Below are positions 45,392 through 59,829 of a DNA stretch of 64,000 nucleotides, piece after piece (position 1 is the stretch's first letter; the number at the start of each line of letters is the position of its first letter). The position numbers and the translations under genes were made by a program. The DNA comes from Balanoglossus misakiensis (taxonomy: Eukaryota; Animalia; Hemichordata): NCBI GenBank assembly GCA_040954595.2, contig CM082576.2, forward strand, positions 17,779,028 through 17,843,027, read 5' to 3'. The notes beneath the pieces were generated by a model. The model was given only the letters and a program-made list of their open reading frames with translations, made no database searches and was not told where the DNA came from.

Positions 45392-48300
45392 GCCAGAGAT
45401 CCTCCAGAAGATCCCCCAGAAAAGCCCAATGTAAGTAGCTTTGGTTGTTCTGACCTCTTAGTCATGCGTGCCTTTATACAATGTTTAAAGGGAAGGGGTC
45501 TTAGCGCTGTGTGGGTGACCCCCTGATGAGAATACATCCTCCCATACCAGCACAAACCTCACTGCAGTCATCACAGCCGGGATCTTCAGTTGCTGTCATG
45601 CCCAGTCTTTGGTACGGTTGGCTGCTTCGTTCATTTGTCGGTGAATTCTAATATCTTTAGATATATCAACAAACAAACGCAGCACGACGACCCCTTCACT
45701 TTAAAGTGCTACAATATTATGCAAAATTTGGGTTTCTTTTTGAACGCATATTTAATACATTTGGACATTTTTATTTATATTCATGAACTTGAACCAGTAT
45801 GTTATGTAGCAGAACATGATATGTCAAAACACTGGCAATAAAGACAAATATTCTGGAAGGAACCTACAGAGTAAACAGCCAATTTAAATACATGTACACC
45901 CAGGCACAGCACTGGTATTTGTGCCTGTGTGTGCAGGCTTTATATGCAATCTCACACTCCTGGCAGCTGGGAGTGTGGGATTAATAGAATCTCACACTCC
46001 CAAAGACTTTGGTTCATAATTCTCACACAAGTTGGAGATTTTTTGTCCCACATGAGCTGCAGCTCGTAGAGCTTTCGATTCTGTGAGAGTGTGGGATCGA
46101 TTTATCCCACACTCACGATAAAGGTGCATTTTCACTTATCAGGTGTATTTTTACTTTACAGCTCTATGAGGTTAACTGGCAATGGCTGCTGATCGCACTT
46201 GTTTTAACAGTGGTGTGTTGTGTTTTCGTAAGTATAGGCACATTGAACTGTTATGGCAATTAATGTATGTATGTGCGTATTTGTGTGTGAGTATGTATGT
46301 GTGTGTATGTATGTATGTATGTATGTATGTATGTATGTATGTATGTATGTATGTATGTATGTATGCATGCATGCATGCATGCATGTACATGGATGGATGG
46401 ATGGATGGATGGATGGTTGGCTGATCAGAAATTTGTGCAAGACGGCGGCCAGTACCTGACCCTTGACTTTTAGCTGGCACAGCCAGCAGTGGGAATGGGG
46501 TAGGGGAGCAGGCCAGGATGGATGGATGTATGGATGGATGGATGGATGGATGGATCTTGTGTGGTGCTCCTGACTTTGACAGTACCTGTGTGCGAACGTT
46601 AGAAGCAGCCATCCTGGGCATGGCTGATCAGAAATTTGTGCAAGACGGCGGCCAGTACCTGACCCTTGCCTTGTAGCTGGCACAGCCAGCAGTGGGAATG
46701 GGGCAGGGGAGCAGGCCAGGATGGATGGATGTATGGATGGATGGATGGATGGATCTTGTGTGGTGCACCTGACTTTGACAGTACCTGTGTGCGAACGTTA
46801 GAAGCAGTCATCTTGGGCATGGCTGGACAGAAATTTGTGCAAGACGGCGGCCAGTACCTGACCCTTGCCTTTTAGCTGGCACAGCCAGCAGTGGGAATGG
46901 GGCAGGGGAGCAGGCCAGGATGGATGGATGTATGGATGGATGGATGGATGGATCTTGTGTGGTGCACCTGACTTTGACAGTACCTGTGTGCGAACGTTAG
47001 AAGCAGCCATCCTGGGCATGGCTGATCAGAAATTTGTGCAAGACGGCGGCCAGTATGTGACCTTTGACTTTTAGCTGGCACAGCCAGCAGTGGGAATGGG
47101 GTAGGGAAGCAGGCCAGGAACTAGACACTGGAAACATTTCTTCTACAGGCAATGTTTTAAGCTTGTTTTGTTTTTTCCTCAGGTTCTGCACAATTGTCAC
47201 CACATTAAAGAGAAAAAGTTGACCATGGAAGAAGTTATAGACACATTGCACAGCCAGAAAATGATGCTTCTGAGGCAACAGGAAAAGTTACAAATCCAAT
47301 TAGATTGGATTATACATAATGAGGCAATGTTAAAGGATTTTACGAAACTTGCCGATACTTTCAAGACATTGGAGCAGGAGACAAGGTAGGTGTGGCGTAC
47401 ACTTGTAAGTGTAAAGTTGAATATACCGCAGTACATGATACTTCAGTGGCACCTTTGTGAGAACAAACATTAAGCAGTCTAATTATGTTGTCAGAACTAT
47501 AATATTTACATTTTATATTTTGCAGGACACAATTTTCATTTCAATCAGAGCACACTCATAAGATTTGCACATTGTACATGTGGTATCTTATGACAGTAGT
47601 GTAGTTCAAAAATAATGTACACTCAAAAGGAACATGGTCTTAGAGTTTTTGTGCCAACCAAAATGAAACGGTCTAATCATGTGGAAGTCATTTGTCAACA
47701 GTCACTCATTGTAAAAAGGGGAATTAAAGCAGTGAAAATGCTCTGAGTGTGTCGACAGAGTTGCATCACCCAGGAAAAACGAAGTCGTCAAAATGCGCCC
47801 AAATGACAAAAAAGTGGTCTGGCTGCAAATCGTCTCAGCCAAATTTGTATAAATTGGGTCCATACAAATGAAAATTGGGTCCACCAAAATTATATAATAT
47901 TTAAAGCCTAATCACTCCGCTCAAGAATATTGCCTATTGTTAAGGATTGGGAAGCTCGCATTGTTGAAGGCATATCCTGAGTGAAGTGCAGGCCAACAAA
48001 CCAACGGAAAAAAAAGGGGGGGGGGGCGGGCGGGTGGGGAAATTGCCCCTTACAACTAGTGCCTATCCGTCTAACATTCCCTTTGGCCCATTTCTTACCC
48101 CCTATCCTTCGTTATATTCCTTGTAGCTTCTGCCCTTCCCTGTGCGAGGAAATGACACAGAGTCTTCTGCCCTGTTCTTCTTTTATACCTTTGTCATTCT
48201 TATGAATATTAATGAGATAACACCTGGCGGAATATTATCGCTACGTGATTAGGTTTTGAATAGAAAAGGTTTCTGCAAATATTATAGTAGTTCTGACCCA

Positions 48301-51300
48301 GAATTTGAATTGTTTTTGGCGTGTAGGGGCCAATACGGTCCAGTGCATTTTCTCCTCAGGGGCCACCCCTGTTTGTATGTATATTGGCCAGACTTTTGAA
48401 AACAACACATTTGGATCAAACCACCAACATGGTGAAAGAAGTAAATTTATTCAAAAACTGAATGAACAGCATTGAAGAATTATGTGTCCTTTAAATTGCG
48501 TATTTTTTCAATAATGTCTGAGAGCTTTCATTTTTGTTTGTATATAATAAGAATGTGGCAGTTTCTTGAAGGGGATGCACATAATGTGTCTAACAATAAT
48601 TCTGGAAATCACTGAAAATAACCTGTAAATTGCTGAAATATGAATAAGTTTGAGCTCATGAGTCTTGTGCGTACTATCAACTGTAGAAAGGTTATTTTCG
48701 GAGCAATAAATTTATACGTAATACGCGAGAGCCCAAAAAAAACAAGGGAAAATAAAGACTCGCGTAAATATAGTTGTGAAAGAACAATGTGGTAAATACT
48801 AGTAATAGAACGATAATCAAACACATACACAACAAAATGTTTTCAGTTTGAATTTGAAAGTGCAGGTAATTTATTAAAATGGTTGAGGTTTCATGTTTTT
48901 CTACACGTCGTGCAATTTGTTTGAACATTGTGGTTTGTGGGCAAGAATCTTGCTACAAATGCGACAAGTAAGAGTACAGTAGTGGGTTTTCGAAGATAAC
49001 GTTGCAGTACAAGAACGCAAAAATTAATACTCGCGTAACAGTGGCCTCTCACGATATCTCGAAAATTGCAACTGTCTTGGGTTTCTTTCAGCTGGGATAA
49101 TCTGCAGCATGAAAAAGCCAAGGACCAATACCACCAGCATTTCGAACAAATGGATGAGGCACTGACCGCTTTCAGCCAAAAAGCCAGAGTGTTGAAAACG
49201 TGGTGGAAAGATGCTGCTGAAAGGTATGGTGAATCTTGACCCCTGTGTGACCTTTACATCCTGGCATTTTTTGGGTATAATTTTGAGTTCAAACTGAGTT
49301 CAAACTCTGGATCAGTCAACCTTACACACTGAATCTGTGCACTGTAAATAATCCCAAAACAAAAATTTTGTCTGTTACACAAAAAGGAACATGTTGTGTG
49401 TAATGTTGACTCACGGGTGTTTCTAAAACTTGTAATGAGCAGAACCTACAGTAATGACCAATAATGACCTTGAAATAGATCGAATGATTAATAAGGAGCA
49501 ACAACGACCAAAAATTTGGTCAAAACTCAATAACTGAACAACTACTAGTCAGATTAATTTGCAAATTTGTGTGTATTTACCGGTACTCTATTGCTCAGGA
49601 AGAAAAGATAAATTGTTCATCGGAATCACTGCTTATTCTACTTTGGCTGTTTTGGAATTTTTTTTTTGAATTGTGGCAAATTCTTACTTCTGTATTTCAA
49701 ATATTCTTAGTACTGCCATTGGTGGCGCCCTACACTTTCTCAGGTTTTCACGGGCAAAGCATTTTGAATTAGTCTTCCAACCTGTTTTGAGTGAGCTGAG
49801 CACCAACACGTTGTTGTAATGTAAATATTTGGCAAATGTCAATGCAAAGTGGGTAGATTTGGGCAAAAATTTCCTCGTTCTATTAGTAAAGGTTGGTTCA
49901 TGACACATCATGAGCATTAAAGGGACAATGTCTCTCTCTCGCTGCCCTTTTTCCATTAATTATGATTGATACAAGACACCATTTATTTTATTCTACATGT
50001 GGATATATAATGAATGCCCGTTCGACCACACACAATTTTCATCCCATTTGTATGATATGAGAGTAAAAACGCACCCGAAATGAATAAACATGGTAAAAAC
50101 CGATTATTCATTTTGGCGAGTTTTTTCACTCTCGTGTGTACAAGCGGGATGGAAGGTGTGTGTAGTTGAAAGCCTGCCACTTTCTGCATTATTTTCATGA
50201 TTTTATTTTCCAACTTACTTTGGTCCATCTAAATAAGCATACCGATAGGTAAAAACACCTTATGGATGCACGATTGTGACAGCATGTTGCAATTTGAACA
50301 CACTATGCATTAAACAGGTGCTGCATTAATCAGCCTCCATACAAACAGTACAGCTATCGTGGTATGCGTCGCCAAGAGATGACAAACTGATGGAAATGCA
50401 AGTAATATGGCTTAATGGTGGGGCAGCTATAGGGGCTTGAATGTTCATTCACTACATACTACCGTTTTCAAAATACCTTGGAAATTCTTTGTGTTCGAGT
50501 GTTACAATAAACGTCTCCCATGATAAGAAAAAACGTCTAAGTTCATGAAACTGAATACCGCACTTTGTTTATTTTGCAACAAATTAACCGTTTCAAATGT
50601 TCGTAATCCCACTGTGAGATTGTCTGTAGTCTACTCTGAACCTTGTATGAGGATGTTTTGCACTGACAACCAAGGATACTTCGAAATGATGAAGAGCAAT
50701 ATATCGAGTATTTAAAACGACAAACTCCTTCGATTTCATACGAAGAAATTCAACAAAAATTGGCGGAATTTTCGCAAGCACACTTGTCTATACCCACCGT
50801 CTGTCGAACCGTCAGAAATCGTTTGTCCGACCAAACGTGGACTTGGGAAAAAATGGCGTGTTGCAAACGACGAGAGTTGTTTAGCGTGTCGAATGCTGCT
50901 CTACGAAGCTCGTAGTTACCTTCTGACCGGGACATTTGGGCTTAAACGGACTGGGTTCCCCCCACTTCAGGTTGGTATATTCGTTTGAAGCAGAGACGTG
51001 AATTGCTAGTTCCGCGGGTTGCAGTGTATCCCGTCTGTCGAACATTAGAGAATCGACGTATTGCTAAGAGAGACGATTGAGATGAGAATTAGCGGTGTAG
51101 GATATAGAGACGACGTACCAAACTGCCGTGTTGTATTCTGAATTTGTGTTGTTGAAATAAAATACAATGGAAGAGTTTGAACCGCATCGCTGTATGGACT
51201 GATAGTTTTGTGGAAAATTCGGGCGTGCGAGGCCGCCGCTAACCTTGCAGCGATCACCCGGCCGCTTGAGAACGCATGAACTTGTTTGTGGCAGCAAAAT

Positions 51301-53173
51301 ATATGAACTCAGCGTGACAGGCTACATTGTTTGAAAAATAACATTGGCGCGTCATCGCGCCCAGCGGATTTTTTTTTCAGATCTGGCTTTTTCAACGTGT
51401 GTTTGGCGTTCATGATTAGTATAAATCCATGTTCTTGTTCCGCTATTTCCATTCCGAAAACCCCAAAGTTTAAACGTGTAAACTTTGACTAGAAAATGCC
51501 TGAGACACCTTCATATGCTGTCCGGCCGCGGTGCAGCTCAAAGTGGCGTGGAGCTGGTCATGTTGGGAGCGGTGCTGCCGGCCGGTGGATCGACCATGAC
51601 CAGAAAAAAAGAATCTCACACACCCAAGGACCTGGGATCATACATGTAGTTCTCACATGAGTTGCGGATTTTCCCTGACAAGTATGAGAAATATGATTCA
51701 AGGTCCTTGGCGTGTGAGATTATATTTCTAACACGGTCACAAATTAGCCAAATTCGTTAAAAACATTATGACTCTGGAACTGTTGTCTAGGCACGTTGTA
51801 GTCTCTGTCCCTTTCATACACATCGCGCCATTGGATAACATTTAGAGCGCATTTGCAAAAGAACGCTTTGTCAACCAATCAGCGCTAGCGTCAGATACAG
51901 CTTTCGATTCAGTGAAAGTGTGGGATCAATTTGTTCTCACACTCCCAGTGTGCCAGTGTGAGAACAGTGTGTATAGTGAGAGATAGTCTGTACAGTGTTG
52001 TTAGACCATCGTGTAGAATGTGTAGAGACAGTAAAGAGGCCAAGACATGGGGCAAAAGTAAAATGAAAAAACTCTGATGCTAGGTCCCGCCAGGACAATA
52101 TTAAAGGATAATACTTAATTGTTGGATTTCAGTGATTTATTTTATTCTGAGAGCCTGTTAAAATACTCAGAATATATTGTGCAAACACCAACTGTATATA
52201 TAATGGCCTGTTTTATTGGTGGGGAAATATAGTATTGAATTCAGTTACAAGTACAGTACATGTATCAGAGATATTTCTGGTAAAAAGCAAAACAATTATC
52301 TCGCATTGTCTGCATCTGTGCAAATATGCCAGAGAACTGGTTTTACCTTCGGCCTAAAAATATTTAAAAAAAATTGTTCGCTCACCGCTTCCCGAACAAG
52401 CTCCAAAACAGAAATCCAATGAACAAGATTTGTTTTTTCTCTGGCCTAACATCAATATAACTGTTGGCCTCTCCATTTTATATAGATGGGAATTCATATG
52501 GGGTTTGTAAAGTTCCTTCAAACATTCAGAGTATGTCGATGAAAACATCAAAACGACGCACAACATTTACAGTTATGGGAAAACTAACCAACACTCGAGC
52601 ACAACTACCCAGAACATCAAACCTGCTTGAACGACGTCATCAACTATGACAAGTTTTTCTAGTGATGATATGAAATTAAACAACTGTTCTGTGAAAATGG
52701 TCATGATAATTGACACTGATTGCATTACTTCAGATGACTAGTATGAAATTGGAAAAGATAGCCATTTCCACAGTATCTGGGATTACTCATTCTGTCTATT
52801 TCTGGGATGTTATTGGTCATTACTGCAAATTTCTGCTCATTACTGCTCGTCACAAGTTTTACAAGCACCCAACAAAACACCCAGAAGTCATTTAGAATGG
52901 CACAAAATAACAAGTCGATAAAAACTGGGCATGAATCATTGTCGATGTAGACTGCATATAGTACTACGTGATGGATTCTTTGCATTACCTGGCATGTGTT
53001 CTGCAAAGACAATGCCTGGAGTTATAAAGGGCGTTTTATCACAGATGCTGTCTTTTGTGTCACATGCAGTCAAATTACTCCCCATTTTACACCACCACCC
53101 CCAGCTCATCATTTATATTTTCCTGTACGGCATCTGTTTGCTTTTTTTCAGATACGAGACACTGGATGCCTAG
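45392..53173 (+). CDS. Candidate spliced gene for a small coiled-coil protein of unknown function
   Basis: Exons 45392-45430, 47183-47385, 49092-49223 and 53152-53173 have AG/GT sites and phases 0,2,2 that join without stops. A possible first exon is 43877-43915. Confidence 0.55.
46262..46415. repeat. Compound microsatellite (TATG)n/(CATG)n/(GATG)n
   Basis: Direct reading. Confidence 0.95.
46419..47119. repeat. ~199-bp tandem repeat, 3.5 copies, each full unit with a (GGAT)n tract
   Basis: GGCTGATCAGAAATTTGTGCAAGACGGCGGCC (or a close variant) recurs at 46419, 46622, 46821 and 47020. Confidence 0.95.
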
Positions 53174-55457
53174 ATGCTGGGTTGCAGGATGGCAGAGAAT
53201 GATTGATCTCTATGCCAACTGGCAGATTGATTCAGAAAGATGATTTGGACCAGAAGTCCAACTACCATGCAGAAACTAGATGCTGTGTTGCAGGATGGCG
53301 AATATTGATCTCCATGCCAACTGGCAAAGATGATTTGGACCAGAAGTCAGACTACCATGCAGTCTCCACGATGTGTCATCCGCCAATAGAGGTCCGCAGA
53401 GGCATGGACTCCCAGCTTGCAGTGCTTATGGTAGTTTTGGGGGCATCCCCGGCATACATTTTTATATATTTTTGTAAATTTAGTTAATTTTGGTGTACAG
53501 ATCTGTACTTGAACAGTTTATTTATTTATATATGTATATTAAGTTATTTTGTTAGTTGTAGTTATTTTTAGTTATAGTATAGTATATATAGGGTATTTAT
53601 GTTTGTTTGTTTGTTTGTTTGTTTGTTTGTGTGGTGTAAGTGTGTGTGTCATTCAAAGTGTAGGGTACCTGTTTATAATACCACGGTCACACTGATAAAA
53701 ATTTCAAACGTTTCAGAGACACTATTTGCCTTTTGTAAACACAGAGAATTAATCCTTTGAGTCGCTTGTGTCCACACACGCAGTTTATGTATAGACACTG
53801 GGTTGTTAATCCTTACATCAGGTCTGGCCGGCAAAGCCCTCTCAAAATTGATAACCAGTGATTCAAATTGCCCCTTTGACATCAAACCATCAATATTCAG
53901 ATAAGATGTGAATTTTCTGTGAGTTACAAATATTGTTCTCATAATGTACAGAAATGTTTACACTGGATCACTTAGTCATTCCGCCATTCATTTTCTTTGA
54001 TTTTGAATATATCTAGTTTTGTTTACACTTCCATGACTGTGTGCTTTACGATAAAATAGTACACTTGACGTCAGGGGTACCATGTGCAAATGTCCACTAC
54101 TGAGCTTGGACTAGGAATTCTTGAGCATTCAAGAAAAAAAATTCTCTACATTCAAAAAAAAATTCTCTGTCATGCAATTTTGATTTTGACTATATCTAAT
54201 TTGTTTACACATGGTTCCATGACTGTGTTTTACGATACACATTTTCATTGATTTGTTTCACAGTATAATCTAATGTGGCTGTTGGTCCATGTTGGATGGT
54301 ATTGTGACGTGTTGTTTGCAGTGAGGTTTGATACAGCTCCCAGCAGACGCCACTTTGTGTGAATTTCTTCACGTCATCGCCAATTTGTCACTTTTGTGGG
54401 TTATTTGTTTGGTGTTATGATTTCGCCCCTTTAACTGTCGATCCAGTAGAGACAGTGTCATTGGCAATGGATTGCCATGCATAACTTGACGAGGACAGTC
54501 CATGGAAAATCAGTTTCATTCAAGAACTGGATTAGGTGGGGCCTTGGAAGACTAAATCGTAGAATTTGTGATAATAATAGTTGACCCTTTGATACAGGGT
54601 GTCAGTAAAGAATTTGGAGTTGCTTACAGATTTGAATTCAGAAAATGTGGATCATGAAATTGAGAGTTCGTCCCTACAATGATTGGAAGTCTTCTTTCAT
54701 GTTCTAAAAAATGCGCAAATTATAGAACATACGTAACACAGTATGTTGACTGACATCTTTGGAGAACATATAAACAGAGTATACTGCTTTGTATTGCCTT
54801 GTTAGCCTTTGTGTAAATAACCCTGGCTCTTGCTTCTAATACTTGTGTCAAACATTTTGCTTCACCCATACCCATAGTGGGTGTGTGGTTTGGGTGCCAC
54901 TTCTACTTTCATACTCCTACATGTATGTCCTGACTTCAGCATTGCAGAATCTTGTCTTATTTGGGTTTATGAGTGGAGCCACCAGCGCAGCTGTAATATG
55001 CACCCTTGCAGTTCACTTAGCATTGGTATGTATTTACAGATTATAACTGCTGTCTTGAAATCTAGTAATATCACTTGAGTGAGGTTAGCAGCATTGTGCC
55101 GAGAGCACTTGTTCAGTAACTCTTTGAGTCTAAGTAGTGAATTATTTTGCTCCTGTAGTGGAATATTTCAGCAGATTACCCACTCCAACAGCCATAAACT
55201 GATTTTTACCGACTGAAGAAGTGAATAGCTGAATCTGTAACAGACATGCTCTATCACTCTGCTGACTTCTGCATCAGGGCTTCTGGGATACAGTTATGTC
55301 ACATGTACCCCTATTCATCGGAGTCAAGTTTCTACTATGTCGTTTGGGGATGATGTAATCATGGATCACCACAGGGTCCCACCTGGAGGACAGTTAATCT
55401 TGGCATTCGGCTCACAAGGCAGAAATGTGTACTACAAATGGGCTTCCCATTGGCTGC

Positions 55458-58368
55458 TGTATCACCCCAATATGTAATAATTAACCCAATATGTAATACT
55501 AACCCAATATGTAATAACACCTTAACCCAATATGTAATACTAACCCAATATGTAATAACACTTAACCCAATATGTAATACTAACCCAATATGTAATAACA
55601 CTTAACCCAATATGTAATAAACTTTAATTCTACATGTAATAAACGTTATCAGCTAGCTGCATATGTAATAAACGTTAACCCTATATGTTATAAACTTGAA
55701 TTTTACATGAACTAAACGTTTTCAGTTAACCCTATATGTAATAAACCTTAACCCTATATGTAATAAACTTTAGTTCTACATGAAATAACGTTAATTCTAC
55801 ATGAAAAAATACGTTATTAGTTAACCCTATATGTAATAAACGTTAACCCTATAGGTAATAAACTTTAATTCTACATGAAATAACGTTAATTCTACATGAA
55901 AAATACGTTATTAGTTAACCCTATATGTAATAAACGTTAACCTTATATGTAATAAACTTTAGTTCTACATGAAATAACGTTAATTCTACATGAAAAAATA
56001 CGTTATTAGTTAACCCTATATGTAATAAACGTTAACCCTATATGTAATAAACTTTAATTCTACATGAAATAACGTTAATTCTACATGAAAAAATACGTTA
56101 TTAGTTAACCCTATATGTAATAAACGTTAACCCTATATGTAATAAACTTTAACCCAATATGAAACACTAACCCAATTTGTAATAACACCTTAACCCAATA
56201 TGTAATACTAACCCAATATGTAATAACACCTTAACCCAATATGTAATACTAACCCAATATGTAATAACACCTTAACCCAATATGTAATACTAACCCAATA
56301 TGTAATAACACCTTAACCCAATATGTAATACTAACCCAATATGTAATAACACCTTAACCCAATATGTAATACTAACCCAATATGTAATAACACCTTAACC
56401 CAATATGTAATACTAACCCAATATGTAATAACACCTTAACCCAATATGTAATACTAACCCAATATGTAATAACACCTTAACCCAATATGTAATACTAACC
56501 CAATATGTAATAACACCTTAACCCAATATGCAATACTAACCCAATATGTAATAACACTTTAACCCAATATGTAATAACACTGCCCTAATGTATTTGAATG
56601 TGTAATATTAACCCAATAGAGTTGAAGTAAAACTCAAATCTTTATAAAAGTAGTGAAATCAAGTTGTGTAGGCATGCGTGACATCAACATATTGTCTTAG
56701 ATGGAAGCTTCCAGACATATACAGAGAATACCCAGGACACATAATTGACATGGAAAATTTCCAAATTTTAGACAGAGAATCTGATGTATTAATGAAGCCA
56801 AATACATCAGGACACTTCAACCCTCACTTGTAGAGATGGGGGCAGGGGGGGGGGGTTACACTTTACCATCAGTGCACACTACTTGCCCGTCAAAAGTGAA
56901 ACAGATACTGATATTGAACGCCTTACGCGTCAAGTATACCTTTCTTAATTTTGAAGTCCAAAAGCAGGGGGTCATACGGGATAAATGTGGGGAATTAGCC
57001 CGGTGGTTGCAGTCCCCGGGTGGGTGGATCCGTATACTAACAGCCGATAGTAATAGTTTTGCGAAATATAGCAATAAGCTAGAGGTTCAAACAATAAAAT
57101 TTACCTTGATTTCATGTGGATGTAAAGGTTAGGTAAATCTATCACTATGTTAACTTTACCAGGACTATCAAATGCTACCGGAACTTGCAAGTAATTCGTT
57201 GGGTTAAGCGGGAAGTATGTTAAACAATAGGGTTTCCCCCTCTATCACCACCTCTATTGAAAATAGATGAAATAATATTATGGTCTTTTCCCAGAAAGAC
57301 AAATGTACCCCCCCCCCCTAAAAAAAATACAAGCCACCTTTACCATTACATATTGGGTTAAGTGTTATTACATATTGGGTTAATGAAAAACATTGAGTTT
57401 AGTTTTAAAACATGTTTAGTAAGGATTTTAATTCATATTCAGATATAATTTCATATTGATTTGGTGTATTTCATTTAGCTTAGCATTAAAATACATTAGG
57501 GCAGTGTTATTACATATTGGGTTAAGGTGTTATTACATATTGGGTTAGTATTACATATTGGGTTAAGGTGTTATTACATATTGGGTTAGTGTTACATATT
57601 GGGTTAAGTGTTATTACATATTGGGTTAGTGTTACATATTGGGTTAAAGTTTATTACATATAGGGTTAACGTTTATTACACAGAGGGGTTAACTAATAAC
57701 GTACTTTTTCATGTAGATATAACGTTATTTCATGTAGAATTCAAGTTTATTACATATAGGGTTAACGTTTATTACATATAGGGTTAACTAATAACGTTTT
57801 TTTCATGTAGAATTAACGTTATTTCATGTAGAATTCAAGTTTATTACATATAGGGTTAACTAATAACGTTTTTTTTCATGTAGTATTAACGTTATTTCAT
57901 GTGGAATTAACGTTTATTACATATAGGGTTAACTAATAACGTTTTTTTCATGTAGAATTAACGTTATTTCATGTAGAACTAAAGTTTATTACATATAGGG
58001 TTAAGGTTTATTACATATAGGGTTAACTGAAAACGTTTAGTTCATGTAAAATTCAAGTTTATAACATATAGGGTTAACGTTTATTACATATTGGGTTAAG
58101 GTGTTATTACATATTGGGTTAGTATTACATATTGGGTTAAGGTGTTATTACATATTGGGTTAGTATTACATATTGGGTTAAGGTGTTATTACATATTGGG
58201 TTAGTATTACATATTGGGTTAAAGTGTTATTACATATTGGGTTAGTATTACATATTGGGTTAAGGTGTTATTACATATTGGGTTAATATTACATATTGGG
58301 TTAAAGTGTTATTACATATTGGGTTAGTATTACATATTGGGTTAATTATTACATATTGGGGTGATACA
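55458..58368. mobile_element. Foldback-type non-autonomous DNA element with satellite-built TIRs
   Basis: TGTATCACCCC...GGGGTGATACA ends with a 6-bp TSD GGCTGC (55452-55457, 58369-58374). The arms are ~1 kb of AACCC(A/T)ATATGTAAT-based repeats. Confidence 0.9.
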
Positions 58369-59829
58369 GGCTGCTCATATACGATGTCCCTTTAATTTTT
58401 AGCAGCGTCGGAATTCTTGCTTCCCTACCGTCAGTGGCATACTATTCTTTCCACATTAGGAAATTATCATTTTATAGGTTATATACTGGTACATGTGCCT
58501 GCATGTACATATGATATTATGGAGGTGTAGACGTCAACACCTGTGGGGTGTACATCCACCTGTGTTCACTAAGATACATCTCTCAGCTGAGCCTCTGATC
58601 ATAGTGATCATCTTCTATGTGTTATTACTAATAGGACACACCATTTACTGGTATTGTCATTGATATGTCTGATATTGTCAGCTCTGTCAAGTTGTGGACA
58701 GCTTCATCTTTCTGAGACTTCTGGTCATCTGAACTTGATGACAACCGTTTATCTAAATCCGTAAGTTTTAATGGGATCTTATAGTCATTCAGCATATCTC
58801 CAGAGCCAGTACCACGCAGCCCCCATACCTAGGATTATCATAGTACATGTTGACACTTTCAATTGTCTATACTAAGGATATCCTACATGGTGACTTAACT
58901 CTTTCTCTGGCAGTTCGTCTGGTGGCCTTGAATCAAAGCCAGTCATTGGGTTAGATGATTGAGCTAACACCATAACAGATCACCAGCGTCATTGCTATTC
59001 TGGACATTGCTCAGGCCAAATCTCTCAAGTGTAAAAAAAAATTCCATCAAAGACGGTGCAGATTGGGAACTGGCCTCAAAATGCAGTCCTGTCAACCTTT
59101 ATGCTTCACTACAAGTCTTGATTTGGATCAGAACATTTTTCTCTGCATGCCTTGCAGTCCAGTTCAGTGTCGTAGGAACCCCACATAAATCTGAGGTGCA
59201 TGCAGTTCTGTCTTTCACTTTTCACCAGAAAGCACATAGCCTATTGGTAGACAAGAAGAGCCAATACCACATCAACTGACCTCTGTTTAATTATTCTCTC
59301 AAATCCTTTTATTGCTCATGTACTCACTGGATCCTGTTCCCTCAGCCAATCCAGTCGCAGTTTGTAATCTACATATTGAATATGCATTATAGCAGTTTTC
59401 TTTTCTCTTTACTAAATATATGTCTATGGTTCTTGGTATGTGTTTGAGATGGTTTTAACAGCTGTGACTTATCTCTATTGGCGGAGGCCTGTCTGGCTTT
59501 TTATGATATACGCAATTTGAAATAATGTCAAGGGAACCAAGAAAAAATACTTGCCAAGAGAAATGGGTCAGGTCAGATCACTCTATTCCTGAAAACTACT
59601 TTGAGCTAGACCATCAACTCATGCTTTCAACCCTAAGCTATCTTATAGCAGGCTCCTGGATCCACATGTTTCTCGCTGTGTGATGAATCCTTGTCCAACC
59701 ATGGAGTATTGCTCTTCATGAATTATGAATAGTCAGGCTATTATAGCAAGTCTCGAGTGCAGTGGAGATTGCATTGTACAACACCATTGTATAACACCAA
59801 TGTCCACATTTACAGTGCTGGTGTTGTGA

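Noticed and set aside
46172-47081. His/Pro- and Met/Tyr-rich ORFs
   Set aside because: They are translations of microsatellite and minisatellite DNA.
49690-51975. CpG-richer intronic stretch with CTCACACTCCC motifs shared with 45950-46130
   Set aside because: Probably old repeats, but I could not define ends, a TSD or a coding frame.
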